DNA of 64,000 bases from Octopus sinensis (Eukaryota). The notes beneath the pieces are model-generated. The model saw only the letters and a program-made list of their open reading frames with translations, did not search any database and was not told the origin of the DNA. This document shows positions 41,311 to 54,032 of this stretch, one piece after another. Each line of letters opens with the position of its first letter. Position 1 is the stretch's first letter. A program made the translations under genes and the position numbers. The stretch is taken from NCBI RefSeq assembly GCF_006345805.1, contig NC_043012.1:47926001-47990000 (forward strand), written 5' to 3'.

Positions 41311-42376
41311 TGTGCATGCATGAATGCATGTATGTATATCTGTATATGTTTTCATATACACACATAATTACAACAATCTATACAGATCCAGTCTATCAAA
41401 GATTACACGACGCGAAACTTTCCCAGAATGACGCTCAATATGATGGCTATCGGGACGATGACATACCAACGCTAACTACTTAATAATATGGTATGGCGTT
41501 CACCACTATTACATAGGTATTTGTGTTTGTATCCATGTTTTACTTCACGCGCATTTATACATAAATTTTTGTAATTATTTTCAAACACTACTGTGTCATG
41601 GACTTTATATGGAAATGCAACTGTTAGCTACTCGATAAGTGAAATCCTATTGCAAGTTTAACATGAAACAAATCATGCTAACATATATACAGACGCACAC
41701 ACTTGTACACACCCACTTTCAAGTACACAGACTCTATTATATAAGTCAACAAATGAATAATTTGTAGATATTTTTCTGTTCTTTGAAGAACTTTTTCTTT
41801 GCTATCTGTACAGCTTGCACAATCTTTTTCTTTTCCTTTCCTGGACAAAATTTTACAAGTTATCACACATTGATCCATATTGTGCTTAACCAACGTTAAT
41901 ATCAAACTGTCGCTTAAGTATAGATTTCTTTACATTATAATAAGTAACTTTTTGAGTCATTTACCTTGCATCGTGTATATATCTCCAAGCCTTTGTCACC
42001 ATTCACTTCGCTCCATTTGACATCGTTTGCTTTCATAAACTATTCGGCTGTGAGGACGCAGGTGTGCATGGTCAATTTCACACGTTCAACATAATACAAT
42101 ATATTGATTTTTATTTCGTTTCTTTTTTCTGTCACGAATTGTTTGAAAAAGATATCAGTTAGATTATCTCAGGCAAATATAGTCTCTGAATTTATGGTAT
42201 CATCGACAAACACCATCCTTTCAGTCTTTAACTACGAATGTTATTAGGTTTTTTTTTATTCCATAATTTTCTTAGCGATGCATTTTTATAAAATGAAATT
42301 GGTGATGGTGATGAGGAAGAAGAGGAGGACGTTGATTACAACGATGACACCAACGAAATTGATGATGATGATGATG

Positions 42377-42418
<42 letters not shown>

Positions 42419-43138
42419 ATGATGATGATGATCCGAAAACAAAATAGAATGTGCCTTCAAGCATTATTTTTTTCTTTCCCCTGTATTTGATTGGTAATCT
42501 ATAAAATGAAATATAAGTCAAATACCAGTGTTAATGTAATTAAATGACCGTCTTACTAGCGGGTATCTTTCTTAAGTCTGTGCCAGAAATTACTGCGAAA
42601 CACTAACATCGGTCGCCTGACATCTGCTATGTCTATCAGTCTCTTATAAAAATGCAGAGACGAGGTTGACAAAGAAAATCTAGCAGGCGACGAAAATTAA
42701 ATGGTAGCTTGTTCTAGGGGGTGGGGATGGAATTTGAACTAAGGAATCCAAATAACTAGCTTAGTAGAGCTAGGCGTTTCCAGTTTGAGATGATCTGCTA
42801 CACTTCCTTATCCGAGATGTACGAAGAGTGACGATACTACTTTGTATATAATCCTTCAGTGACCGAGAATTACTGATTTGTGGAGTTATGCAGAACGAGT
42901 GCTACCACGTTTAGAAGAGTCTATGCTGCTGGCCAAACCTATTGTGTCTTTCTTTCGTTACGAAGGACATGTAGTTGTTCCTTCTCTTGTAGCTCTAGCA
43001 AGAAACTCTGGCAGTTCTAGCAAAACAGTCTGGTGGATCTGACTGAAACAAGAGAAGACAAATAAAGTCGTCCTCAGCCAACATTGCATCGAGAGGTATG
43101 ACGAGAGATTCTTAGGAAAATCATAATGAAATAAGATG

Positions 43139-43699
43139 TATTGGGTTGTCCGGAAAGTATCTTACCTTTCGACTTATTTTAGAACATGATTGAGTCCATA
43201 AAATAGGATTTGACTACACCTCTATTTAGAGCACAATTTAAGCTATCTTTTTGTGGAAGAAGGTTTATGTTCCTATAATCTGTGTTACTTCTGTAACGCT
43301 TTAAAATGGAAGATGAGAAAGATTATTTTCGGCACTTGATGCTTTTATTTTTCCGTAAAGGGAAAAATGACTCACAAGCACCCAAAGAAATATGCGCAGT
43401 TTACGGTGATGTTTCTTTATCCGAAAGAACTGTACGGAAGTGGTTCGCAAGGTTCCGATCTGGAGATTGTAGCCTTAATGATAAAGAGTGATCAGGCCGA
43501 CCATCCACTACAGATGACGACCAAATCAAGTCATTAATTGAGAATAACCCATGTTGCACAACCCGAGAATTGGCAGAAAGCCTCGACCTATCAAAATCTG
43601 TCGTTCATGAGCACCTAGTAAACCTTGGGTAATGGCAAGTATTTATTGACCTTTTTCTTTCCTTTAAAGATCGGCACGAACTATCCGGACAACCCAATG
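43139..43699 (+). mobile_element. Internally deleted non-autonomous mariner (about 560 bp)
   Basis: TIRs TATTGGGTTGTCCGGAAAGT and ACTATCCGGACAACCCAATG. The HTH N-terminus MEDEKDYFRHLMLLFFRKGKN...RKWFARFRSGD is joined near 43630 to the transposase tail (NGKY). The catalytic domain is missing. Confidence 0.88.
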
Positions 43700-44205
43700 C
43701 TTATCACCAGGTAATTTGCTGATTAGTGAATACCGCCCGAGTTAATGGCTTTGTACTTAATACTTCCTTCACCAGGATTGCTTATAAGTAAGGCAAAATA
43801 AAAAGATGAGTTAGTATTTTAATAAAATTAAGATTGTTTCCAAAGTTGTGAACATGACCAAAATATGGCAAACAAACAAGTCCTGTATGAAAGCAAAAAC
43901 TATTTTCTTTACTCATTAATAATGAGTGAGTTTCTGAAACTCCTCTACTAATATTTGTTGCGAGTTAGCAGCTGAGAGTCGTCAGAAGAGAACAACTGGT
44001 CTGGACTCAATATTCCCCAGCAGATATTCCTTTGCGTTAAATGTAAGCCAGAATATGTGGATTGTTTGTCTGACACTAGGTCGTAGGAAGCATTATTGTG
44101 AAATGTCTCTCATTACTATTATATCATTATCTATCCATGTTTCATATAAATCCCCAGAGCGCTGTGCTATCTCACTATACTTTGGGACGTTTTGACAGAT
44201 AAAGA

Positions 44206-44245
<40 letters not shown>

Positions 44246-44300
44246 ACTACTACTACTACTATACGAATACTACTTACTACTACTACTACTACTACTACAA

Positions 44301-44339
<39 letters not shown>

Positions 44340-44418
44340 GACTACTTACTGCTGCTGCTGCTGCTGCTACTACTGCTGCTGCTGGTACTACTACTACTAC
44401 TACTACTACTACTGCTAC

Positions 44419-44458
<40 letters not shown>

Positions 44459-44459
<1 letters not shown>

Positions 44460-44561
44460 TGCCTGGTGTACCTTTATCAGACGGGTAGTCATGATGGGTA
44501 TATTGGGCTTCGTATATTTTACCCCAGTGTCACTTTGATGGCATGAACTGCTCTCTCACTC
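44459..44561 (+). mobile_element. Short copy of a (TAA)n-embedded non-coding retroposon 3' end
   Basis: GTGCCTGGTGTACCTTTATCAGACGGGTAGTCATGATGGG...CTCTCACTC, with (TAA)n on both sides. It matches 52115-52217. Confidence 0.8.
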
Positions 44562-44829
44562 AATAATAATAATAACAATAATAATAATATTAATATTGTC
44601 GTTGCAGTTGTTTTACAGTTGTGTTGATGTTATTTTTGTTGTTCTGTTTCCTGCTGCTGGGACATTTTCAGATTTCGAAAGAGCTCACTCGTAAGTTAGC
44701 ATTGCATGAAATTGAATCAGTTGTAGATGTCATGAATTGTAATCAATTCCGGAGAGACATGGAGAAAAGCAAAAGAGAGGAAAAGGAGAATATTTATAAG
44801 AAAATTTTAGGAAGACGAGCAGGAGAAAC

Positions 44830-44830
44830 A

Positions 44831-44866
<36 letters not shown>

Positions 44867-45290
44867 TAATAATAATAATAATAATGATAATAATAATAAT
44901 AATAACAACAACAACAACAAAAACAATAATAATAATAATAATAATAATGAAGAAATTGAAGAAGAAAAAGAAGAACAACAACAACACAAACAAGAACAAC
45001 AACAAGAAGTAGAAGAAGAAGAAGAAGAAGAAGAAGAAGAAGAAGACGAAGAAGAAGAAGAAGAAGAAGAAGAAGAAAAAAAAAAGAAGAAGAAGAAGAA
45101 GAAGAAGAAGAAGAAGAAGAAGAGAATAGGGGAAGAACAATAACAAGAAAAACACGTGGAAGGAGGAGAAGAAGAAGAAGAAGAAGAAGAAGAAGAAGAA
45201 GAAGAAGAAGAAGAAGAAGAAGAAGAAGAAGAAGAAAAGAAGAAGAAGAAGAAGAAAAAGAAGACAGCGACAACGGAGGAACGTGAAACA
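44830..45290. repeat. (TAA)n/(CAA)n/(GAA)n compound repeat
   Basis: Directly visible. Confidence 0.95.
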
Positions 45291-45941
45291 TGTAGCAATC
45301 TCTGTTATGTTTCTGACTGAGATAAAATATTTCTAATTGAGATACAATACTTACTAGACTGTGATTATTGCTGCCACATCGTTTATGATTGTAAGTGCTG
45401 TTAAGTTGATGTCATAACTCTATTGGGATTTAAATCAGGGCCAGTATATATATATACGTATATACAGTATTTACTAGAGAATAATTATTAGCACACAGGG
45501 TCATACACACGTTCAACCATCAATACATGCATATATATGTATTTGTGAGTGTGCGTGTAGTGTATGTGTGTATGTTTGTCTATGTATGTGCAATATATAT
45601 ATATATAATTATATATATATTATGTATATATATATATATATTATATATATTTATATATATATAATCATGGTATATACCGTTAGAAACAAGGTTGAGTATA
45701 GAGCTCGTCGACCTAATAGAGACAACACTCGCATACCGCCAGAGGACCTCGTTATGCAAACAAACAGTTGCATAATCAAGTACCTGTATTCTTGGAGAAC
45801 TACGCTGCCTCGAAACAGGAGTAGCGATTAAAAATCAACTGTTCAGCCGTACTCCTTATTGTTAACTCCAATTTCTTCCATTTGATATATGTATATATAT
45901 AATATATATTAATATATATAATATATATATATATAATATAT

Positions 45942-45986
<45 letters not shown>

Positions 45987-46449
45987 TTTTGGATTCATCC
46001 AGCTGTGTGGAAGCATGCGTAAGTGTGTTCTCTCCTATAGCCTGAGGTCGACCTAAACCCTGTGAGTGGCAGTGAAAGACGTCCGTCGTCTGTGTGTGTG
46101 TTTATAATGATTGTATGAGTAATAGACTTTTAAATCAATAAGACCTGGGATCGAACGAATGGATCCCAGTACTATTGTACAGAAGATAACAGCCAGCATT
46201 GCCGTTATCTAATGCCAGACTCAAGAAAAAGACAAAATGTTATACACACATACATATACACACGCACACGCCACACAAACACTCACGCACACAGATATAC
46301 ACGCGCGCACACACATACTTATTAATCAATATAATGTATATATATATATTATATATATATAATCATGTTCTTTATTTCAAACCAAACTATTTAACATCGA
46401 CGTCAAATTTGGAAAAATCCGCTGAAATTGGTTTATATATATGTATGTG

Positions 46450-46483
<34 letters not shown>

Positions 46484-47541
46484 ATACATATTTATACATA
46501 TATGGGCAACACACACATACACACACGTACGTACGTACACCTATTGTATACATGTTTTTTTGAACGCATACATGTTCATGTTGAACGCATACATGTGTGT
46601 GTGCGTGCATGCGTGTGTGCGCGCACGCGAGTGTGTCGTCCGAATATCAACAAAACATTTCTCCTCGATGGAAAAAAACAACAAAAGTCTTAACAAATCC
46701 TTACTCGTCGCTAGAAGGGGACTTAACTCCTGTTTGTAAGCGATGATGATTTCTCCGACTTGAAAATTGTTAAAAGTTTTGGTTGAAAATTAATTTTTAC
46801 TGCTATTCGCTGGTGCCTCTGGAAAAAATAAGTTAACGAAAATACAGCCAGGTCTTAAAATTGGAGCGACATGTGTGCTAATTTGTGGACGTGCATAAAT
46901 TACATTCACGTACACACACACACACACAGACACACACACACACACACATACACAGACACGCACACAAACATCCTGCTTTTTATATATACAGATACACCCA
47001 TTATGTCGCAACAAAATCAGCATTTGCTTTAATTTCTAAGTTAAACGTAGGAAGTGATATATATTTTCACTATCACAGAAATATATGCATGCTCAACGTA
47101 TATTAGAATTTGAATTGTCTAAAGAAATCTTTGTGATTTTGATATGTAGTTGTACTAAATTTCTATCTTCTACTAATTGCGAAGTACGGAGATTTACTTA
47201 TCTGTGTGTGTTAACGATTTGCTAATACACTTTGGAACTTGTCCACAATGGATCAGGATTAACTTTAATCCACCTACCGATGTCAGCGTTTCCGGCTCGC
47301 CAACACAGCTGCATTTATAACGTCATGACATAGCGGAGTATCTTATAATACGTACAAGACTATACAAACGACATTTACAGACAAAGAAGAAAAAAAACGA
47401 AAAAGCACAAAAGAGAAAATGAGTATGTAAACTGGTGTATATAGATGTAAGAATATACGCGCATGTTGTAATATAGACACACAAATATGCGTATAAAAAC
47501 ATACATATTCTCAGTACAAACACACACACACACATATGTGT

Positions 47542-47577
<36 letters not shown>

Positions 47578-47580
<3 letters not shown>

Positions 47581-48115
47581 CTTGACCACCTTGACCGACC
47601 AGTCCGTCAGGCGTCCATTTGACACCGCTGGTCACAGCACGCTGTCCACTCCTCTCTGGATCGCGACTTTCTCATCCACGTGATCCCAATCGTCCTGAAA
47701 TCGTAACTCCACCGTCGTGGAGGTCTTCCGGGTGATCATTTCCGCTCACGCGGGTACCACTCAACAACTGCGTGGGTCCACCATTTACCGGTGAGCCAGT
47801 GTCCAGCCCATCTATTCTTGCTGCGCGTATACTCTGCGATGACATCTCTCACGCCGGACTTCTTTCTGATGATCTCGCTACTGATGTGCTATCTCAACGA
47901 GATACCAAGCATTGACCTTTCCATGGCTCATTGAGCCGTTACCAGTCTCTGCTCTTCTCTCTTTGTGGTAGCCCATGTTTCACTGCCATATAACATTGTA
48001 GAACAATCTCCCCAAAAATTTTGACTGCATGTCTCGAACAGATCATCAGAAGCATCGACTGGCGAGGCGGTGTCAACATCAATGGCGAGCTCCTCACCCA
48101 CCTCCGTTTCGCTGA

Positions 48116-48119
<4 letters not shown>
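47578..48119 (-). mobile_element. RTE-clade LINE copy with inverted 5' segment
   Basis: 47578-48006 on - encodes TMLYGSETW through the C-terminus shared with 13410-13655. 48003-48119 on + encodes TISPKILTACLEQI...LTHLRFADDI, the RT core. The copy is flanked by (TA)n. Confidence 0.88.
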
Positions 48120-48189
<70 letters not shown>

Positions 48190-49089
48190 GAACAAAAAAA
48201 TGTATACACACTTTAAGAAAAGTAACAACGTTTGTAAATATTTTAATTCAGAGTTACTGCAATTTGATAAACCACCGAAAATGGTATCTATATTTATTGA
48301 GGTACTTATGCAACTTAAATATGTATACAGATTTTTCCTTTTCTGAAGTGAGTATACATTTTATATATATATGATTTTGTATGGATTTGAGAAAACATAT
48401 TTCAACGTATGGAATGAATAAAAACTGGCAGCACTAGAATAGAAACGACAGAGATAAAATTAGATTTGAATCGATAATGCCCAAAAAGAGTTCGTGGTGG
48501 CAGCAGTTTGGTAAGCTCAGGTTTGTTGACTGCTAAGGATGCCCACCTACTCATACATGAAAATCTACCACACTATAAACCTCACAAATTAAACCAGCTG
48601 CAGGCTGGTTTAATTTGTGACAATGATATTTTAAGCACATAATTCTTTTCAATATTCGAATGACAGTTTGTGCAATCAAATAATTTTCGTTTTCTCTTGG
48701 TCCTTCACGGTTCAAAGTAGTCTTTGTATTTCATTTAGTTCCCAGAAAACTTGAAGAAACATTACTAATAAATGTGCGGTTATTTGTGCATTATACTTCG
48801 GTCTTTGAATGCGCATATATACAGCCGTCTTATAGGTCAATCAAACAAGCTCAGGTACACATACATGTGCGTATACATACATACATACATATATACATGC
48901 ATGATGGTTATCTACTGCTTATGCAGAGTCTGACCACCTCTTGTACCTACACTTCAGATCCATCATGGCGTCTTATGTGGTTTTCTAAACAAAACAATGT
49001 TTTGAAAAAAACAACCGCATAGATTGAATATCCGATTTGAACCACCAAGAGATGCAGTGAAGTTATGAAATTTTGTGGATCTTAAAATG

Positions 49090-49620
49090 TCTTTTGAGGC
49101 CTGCCTTTAGATTTTCAGACCTTAGGCAGAATGGTTGGTGAAGGTTCATTCTTCATGGGTTCGCATGTGCACATAAAAAGGTCACTGAAATTCACCTTCA
49201 CGATCGCAACATTCTTCAAATTTCTCTTGGATCTTGCATATGTTATCCTAGCCTCCTCAAATGCTTTGACTCCACTCCACACTTTTGTTTGCCATACAGC
49301 TCGATCCGAATCAAATGATTCTATGGCATTTGGATCCATTCCAAGTGACTTCATGGTAGTCCTTACCCGTCATTCAACCTCTCTATAGGTTTACACAGAT
49401 TACGTTTCCCCTGTGCAAGTTCGTCTTAAAACAGCTGTTTGGACATGCGTTTCAAACGCACCAGACCATCTCATTTGGTTTTTCAGAATAATTGATTTAA
49501 TTGAAGCGATGCCTGCAGACACAAATACATCTGTGACCGGAGTAAAGAAAGCCCCCATTTAATGTTTAAAATGCAGTGAAGAGTTTTTTGGTGGAATTGT
49601 TCTAACAATTTGAAATGTCT
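49090..49620 (-). pseudogene. RTE-BovB-like LINE C-terminal remnant
   Basis: TTMKSLGMDPNAIESFDSDRAVWQTKVWSGVKAFEEARITYARSKR resembles the K..LK...I....WE..A.DR..WR....G...FE..R tail of RTE-BovB. Confidence 0.65.
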
Positions 49621-49824
49621 TTCAGAACACGTCAAAGTTTCAGAAGAATACAACAGGAATGGTAAGACAAACGATTTCTAAAAGCCAATTTTGCTTCGTT
49701 ATTACTATGTTGTTGACGCCAAACACGTGACTCCAAAGATCATACATACATACATACACATACATACATACACATATACATGCATACATACAAATATGCA
49801 TACATACATGCATATATACATATA

Positions 49825-49873
<49 letters not shown>

Positions 49874-49910
49874 GCATACATATACATACATATATATATG
49901 TGTGTTTATT

Positions 49911-49979
<69 letters not shown>

Positions 49980-50061
49980 GTATGTATGTATGTTTGTATG
50001 TATGGTCTTTGGAGTCACGCGTTTGGCATCAACGACATATAAATAACGAAACAAAATTGCC

Positions 50062-50100
<39 letters not shown>

Positions 50101-50201
50101 AACCATTGCAGGAAAGATTAATACAAAGTATATAATTTTATTTCTTCTACATAAAATACATTATTATATCAAGTGCTATTGATATAACTAATGCCTCACG
50201 C

Positions 50202-50301
50202 TGTAATGGGATTCTAAAGTCAAACTACTTCAATAAATATACTCAGGCAACGGTGCCTGTGTATATTTATTGAAATAGTTTGACTTTAGAGTCCCATTAC
50301 A
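50202..50301. repeat. 100-bp hairpin palindrome
   Basis: 41-bp outer arms (50202-50242 and 50261-50301, 2 mismatches), a T/T mismatch, a 6-bp inner stem CAGGCA/TGCCTG and loop ACGG. Confidence 0.92.
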
Positions 50302-50339
50302 TGGTTAGGTGTTACTCATAGTCGTCGTAGCACTCCATT

Positions 50340-50510
50340 GGTTATGATGACAAGGTTCCAGTTAATCCGATCAATGGAACAGCCTGCTCGTGAAATTATC
50401 GTACAATTAGTGGAGCACACCAAAGACACGTGTACCATTTACGTAGTTCTCGGGGACATTCAGCGTGATACGGTGTGAGACAAGGCTGGCCCATTGAAAT
50501 ACAGATACAA
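50340..50510 (+). mobile_element. SINE body fragment
   Basis: GATGACAAGGTTCCAGTTAATCCGATCAATGGAACAGCCTGCTCGTGAAATT...GACAAGGCTGGCCCATTGAAATACAG. I recognise it from memory as an abundant octopus SINE core. Confidence 0.55.
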
Positions 50511-50600
50511 CAGAAACAGGAAGAAAGAGTGAGAGAAAGAGTATTGCAGGGTCCGCCACCACCCCTGTCGGAGCCTCGTGAAACTTCAGGTGTTCTCGCT

Positions 50601-50650
<50 letters not shown>

Positions 50651-51486
50651 TATATATATGTATATATATATACATAAATATATATGCATTTATATATACA
50701 TATATAGATCACAACAGTTTGATGTATGGATGGATGGATGGATGGACATTGCATACGTGCACGTACACACACATGCACATACGTATATCTTCGTGGTCAT
50801 CTTGTTTTAATCACTGGATGTTTGATTGATAACTACCTTTAAGTTCTGCTCTTATATCACACCGAACCCCTTTAAAAACACAATAACGTATAAATCAACC
50901 ATAAGTAAAAAGCGAGATAAGACTAGTTTCAGGACGACCTCCTGCACCTGCGTAACAAATCGTTTCACCTCCATAGTTTACAGGAATTTATGCAAAGGTA
51001 ATATACTTTCTAACACAGTTCGTTTACATAGCTACATACATTTTACAAAATTAAGGCAATTGTAATCGTCGAAACACTGAATTGTCTCTTCTGCCTGATC
51101 AGTATTTGAGTAACTGTGATTCACGCTTGTGTGGTTGAAAAATTATGGGTACGCTGAGTTTTACGTCGTTATGGAGTATATGGCCAACGTTTACAGAAAA
51201 AAATACTACGTTAATTTCAATGTACATTCGGTTAAAAGAAATGTAGGAAAAGTTTCATGATTGCTTGATTTATCTGGTCCAGCAATTGGCAATATGCTTC
51301 AATAAGAAAAAATTCACTACAACACACTTTCCTGGTAATAATGAGTATTCAAGAGAAGCTTTAAATATTTATAACTGATGATTTCTAAGCCCAATATTCG
51401 TTAACACTATTACAGGGATTTGCAGACACAGTATAACAGATTTTATTTCTGAGATACTATTTGTCTGTGCACTAGTGATGACGGGC

Positions 51487-51552
<66 letters not shown>

Positions 51553-51611
51553 ATCTATCTATCTATCTATCTCCCTCTCTCCCTCTCAATATATATATAT
51601 ATATATATATG

Positions 51612-51690
<79 letters not shown>

Positions 51691-51699
51691 CAATAATAA

Positions 51700-52217
51700 A
51701 GGCCCCGATGCAGTACCAGGCAGTACTAATTGGAAGTGGTATCATGTACATTGTTTTGTGTAGGTATAAAAGATGGGCTACAGCAAATATTCTGCTCAAT
51801 ACCACAGATTTGCATGTAAGTTGTTTGACCTTAACCAGTTCCGCATGTCCCTTAGTAGCTGACGATATGTGCATCTCTGATCATGAGCAGAAGTAGTGGG
51901 GGAGCATCATAGCCGTGTGTTGAGAGGGATTCTTTGGAGTTTCAACAATTCACCTTTGGAAACAGCATCCTTAAACAACCTTTATTCAGGGATCTTTTGG
52001 GCGGGATGGGTTACTCGACCAGAAGAAAAGTCTTACTGGGCTCCACCTGCAAGGTCATGCTCTGTTTATCTTGATATGAGATCATCATGTTGCGTATATA
52101 TGGTTGTGATGCATGTGCCTAGTGTACCCTTATCAGACGGGTAGTCATGATGGGTATACTGGGCTTCGATTATTTTAACCCCGTGTCACTTTGATGGAAT
52201 GCACTGCACTCTCACTC
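51700..52217 (+). mobile_element. About 520-bp non-coding retroposon inside (TAA)n
   Basis: It follows a long (TAA)n and ends CTCTCACTC-GATAATAAT. Its last 100 nt match 44459-44561, and I see no RT-like ORF. Confidence 0.7.
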
Positions 52218-52333
52218 GATAATAATTATAAAACGGATGGTTTATGTCTGGTGAAGCAAGGTCACTTTCTCAGTGTTCGTTATGTACATGGTAAATGAAA
52301 GACGGACGATGGAAGATACAAATATATTTAATA

Positions 52334-52661
52334 GTCACGACAATTGTTTCGACAGATCCAACATCGATCCCTCACGATTGGGATACTTATGCAGGAGCAT
52401 CCAGCGGTGCAAATGCGTCTCTCCGATTTGTTTTTGCATCTGTTATTTTATTTTTGATCTTCTCTATAAATGAAAGTATATCCTTTGTTTTGCTGTTTTC
52501 TTTACATGAAATAGAAACATACATTGCGAAACTGTTATGTAATGAATTATATCCATTTATCACCCGAAGAGACACATCGGCACTGGCTGATGTTCCTGGA
52601 CCCGTTGCTAAGAACCCCACATCTGGATCGATGCCAGAAGTGGCGAAGGGATTGTCATGAT
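52334..52661. mobile_element. Element with two divergent, degenerate long-stem-II hammerhead units
   Basis: Minus-strand unit at 52334-52426 has intact GAAACAATTGTC-GTGAC and core TCGGAGA. Plus-strand unit at 52559-52661 reads ATCAC-CCGAAGA-GACACATCGGCA...TGCCAGAAGTGGC-GAAG-GGATTG-TC-ATGAT. The interior is homologous, inverted, to 24540-24680. Confidence 0.72.
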
Positions 52662-52674
52662 TAGTAAACATACT

Positions 52675-52756
<82 letters not shown>

Positions 52757-52820
52757 ATATATATATTATTTTTTAATTATGAGTATAATTATAATTAGGG
52801 TTCAGAAAAAAATGTTTATC

Positions 52821-53050
52821 GGCAGGCAATTTAGCTGAATGGTAAAACACTCAGCCGACGTTTTTGAGGGATATGATTTCGAGTCCCATGGCTGGTTGTT
52901 CACAAATTTTTTCGCTTTGTAAGGTTAAAGTATCCAGTATTTTTGCTGATCCAACGGCAACTCTGCGTTGGGAAAAGTATCTACTTCTAATTTGTATCGT
53001 ACAATACACATTTTGACGTTTCTAATACAAACAAATAGTTGCTTATTTAC
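52821..53050 (+). mobile_element. tRNA-headed SINE-like element
   Basis: A-box-like TAGCTGAATGGTA (52832-52844) and B-box-like GATTTCGAGTCCC. The 3' boundary is approximate. Confidence 0.55.
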
Positions 53051-53377
53051 ATTTATACACACACATGGTTGAATATATATATATTTATATATATTTCAAC
53101 AATTGAGGGCAAAATTAATTAATTATTAATCAATTTCACCAAGTGTTCAGTATGCAAAGGGACCATTCAAGGCGAATTCAAATTATTACATTATATAAAA
53201 GGCTTAGAAAATAAATTACTTTGCCGCATACTGAACTCATTAGAAATAGCAGCTAAAAAACTTTTTTAAGGCTATTTCTAATACTTAAAGAAAATCTCTC
53301 TCATATATAGTGTTTGCTTAATTCAACTCACAAAAGTTTGGGGGTAAGGACATCGAAAAATCAAATGCTAAGGTTAT

Positions 53378-53429
53378 TGAGAACGTACGTTTCAAGATTA
53401 GTCAAAACAACACTTCTATCATCAGCTCA
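53378..53429 (-). ncRNA. Mirror copy of the type I hammerhead motif
   Basis: Reverse complement of 53459-53510 in the left arm of the palindrome. Confidence 0.75.
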
Positions 53430-53458
53430 GACATTCCTTGGAAAAACCAAGGAATTTC

Positions 53459-53510
53459 TGAGCTGATGATAGAAGTGTTGTTTTGACTAATCTTGAAACG
53501 TACGTTCTCA
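53459..53510 (+). ncRNA. Type I hammerhead ribozyme motif, intact core
   Basis: TGAG-CTGATGA-TAGAAGT...ACTAATCTT-GAAA-CGTACG-TT-CTCA. Stem I is TGAG/CTCA, stem II is AGA/TCT plus AGT/ACT, stem III is palindromic ACGTACGT, and the triplet is GUU at 53504-53506. Confidence 0.75.
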
Positions 53511-53707
53511 AATAACCTTAGCATTTGATTTTTCGATGTCCTTACCCCCAAACTTTTGTGAGTTGAATTAAGCAACACTATATATGAGAGAGATTTTCTT
53601 TAAGTATTAGAAATAGCTTAAAAAAGTTTTTAGCTGCTATTTCTAATGAGTTCAGTATGCGGCAAAGTAATTTATTTACTAAGCCCTTTTATAATAATAT
53701 TATATAT

Positions 53708-53781
<74 letters not shown>

Positions 53782-53864
53782 TATCTATATATTGGTAGTG
53801 AGTGCCGAACACAAACACGATGACACCCACACATAATATATATATATATATATATACACAAATA

Positions 53865-54032
53865 TGTCGGGCTTCTTTTAGTTTCCCACTACCAAATCCA
53901 CTTGCAACAAGGCTTTGGTCGGCCCAAGGCTATAGAAGAAGACACTTACCCAAGGTGCCATGCAGTGGGACTGAACCAAGAACCTTTTGGTTGGGAAGAA
54001 TGCTTTTTACCGCACACACACACCTGCGCCTA
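53865..54032 (-). mobile_element. SINE family B, head and left body
   Basis: GGGCTTCTTTTAGTTTCC...CAAGGCTTTGGTCGGCCC...GACACTTACCCAAGGTGCCATGCAGTGGGACTGAACC on +. Confidence 0.85.

Larger units (their letters stand above)
53194..53693. repeat. About 500-bp fold-back palindrome (arms about 248 bp, AAAAA loop at 53442-53446)
   Basis: The arms are near-perfect reverse complements with only a few substitutions and indels. Confidence 0.95.
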
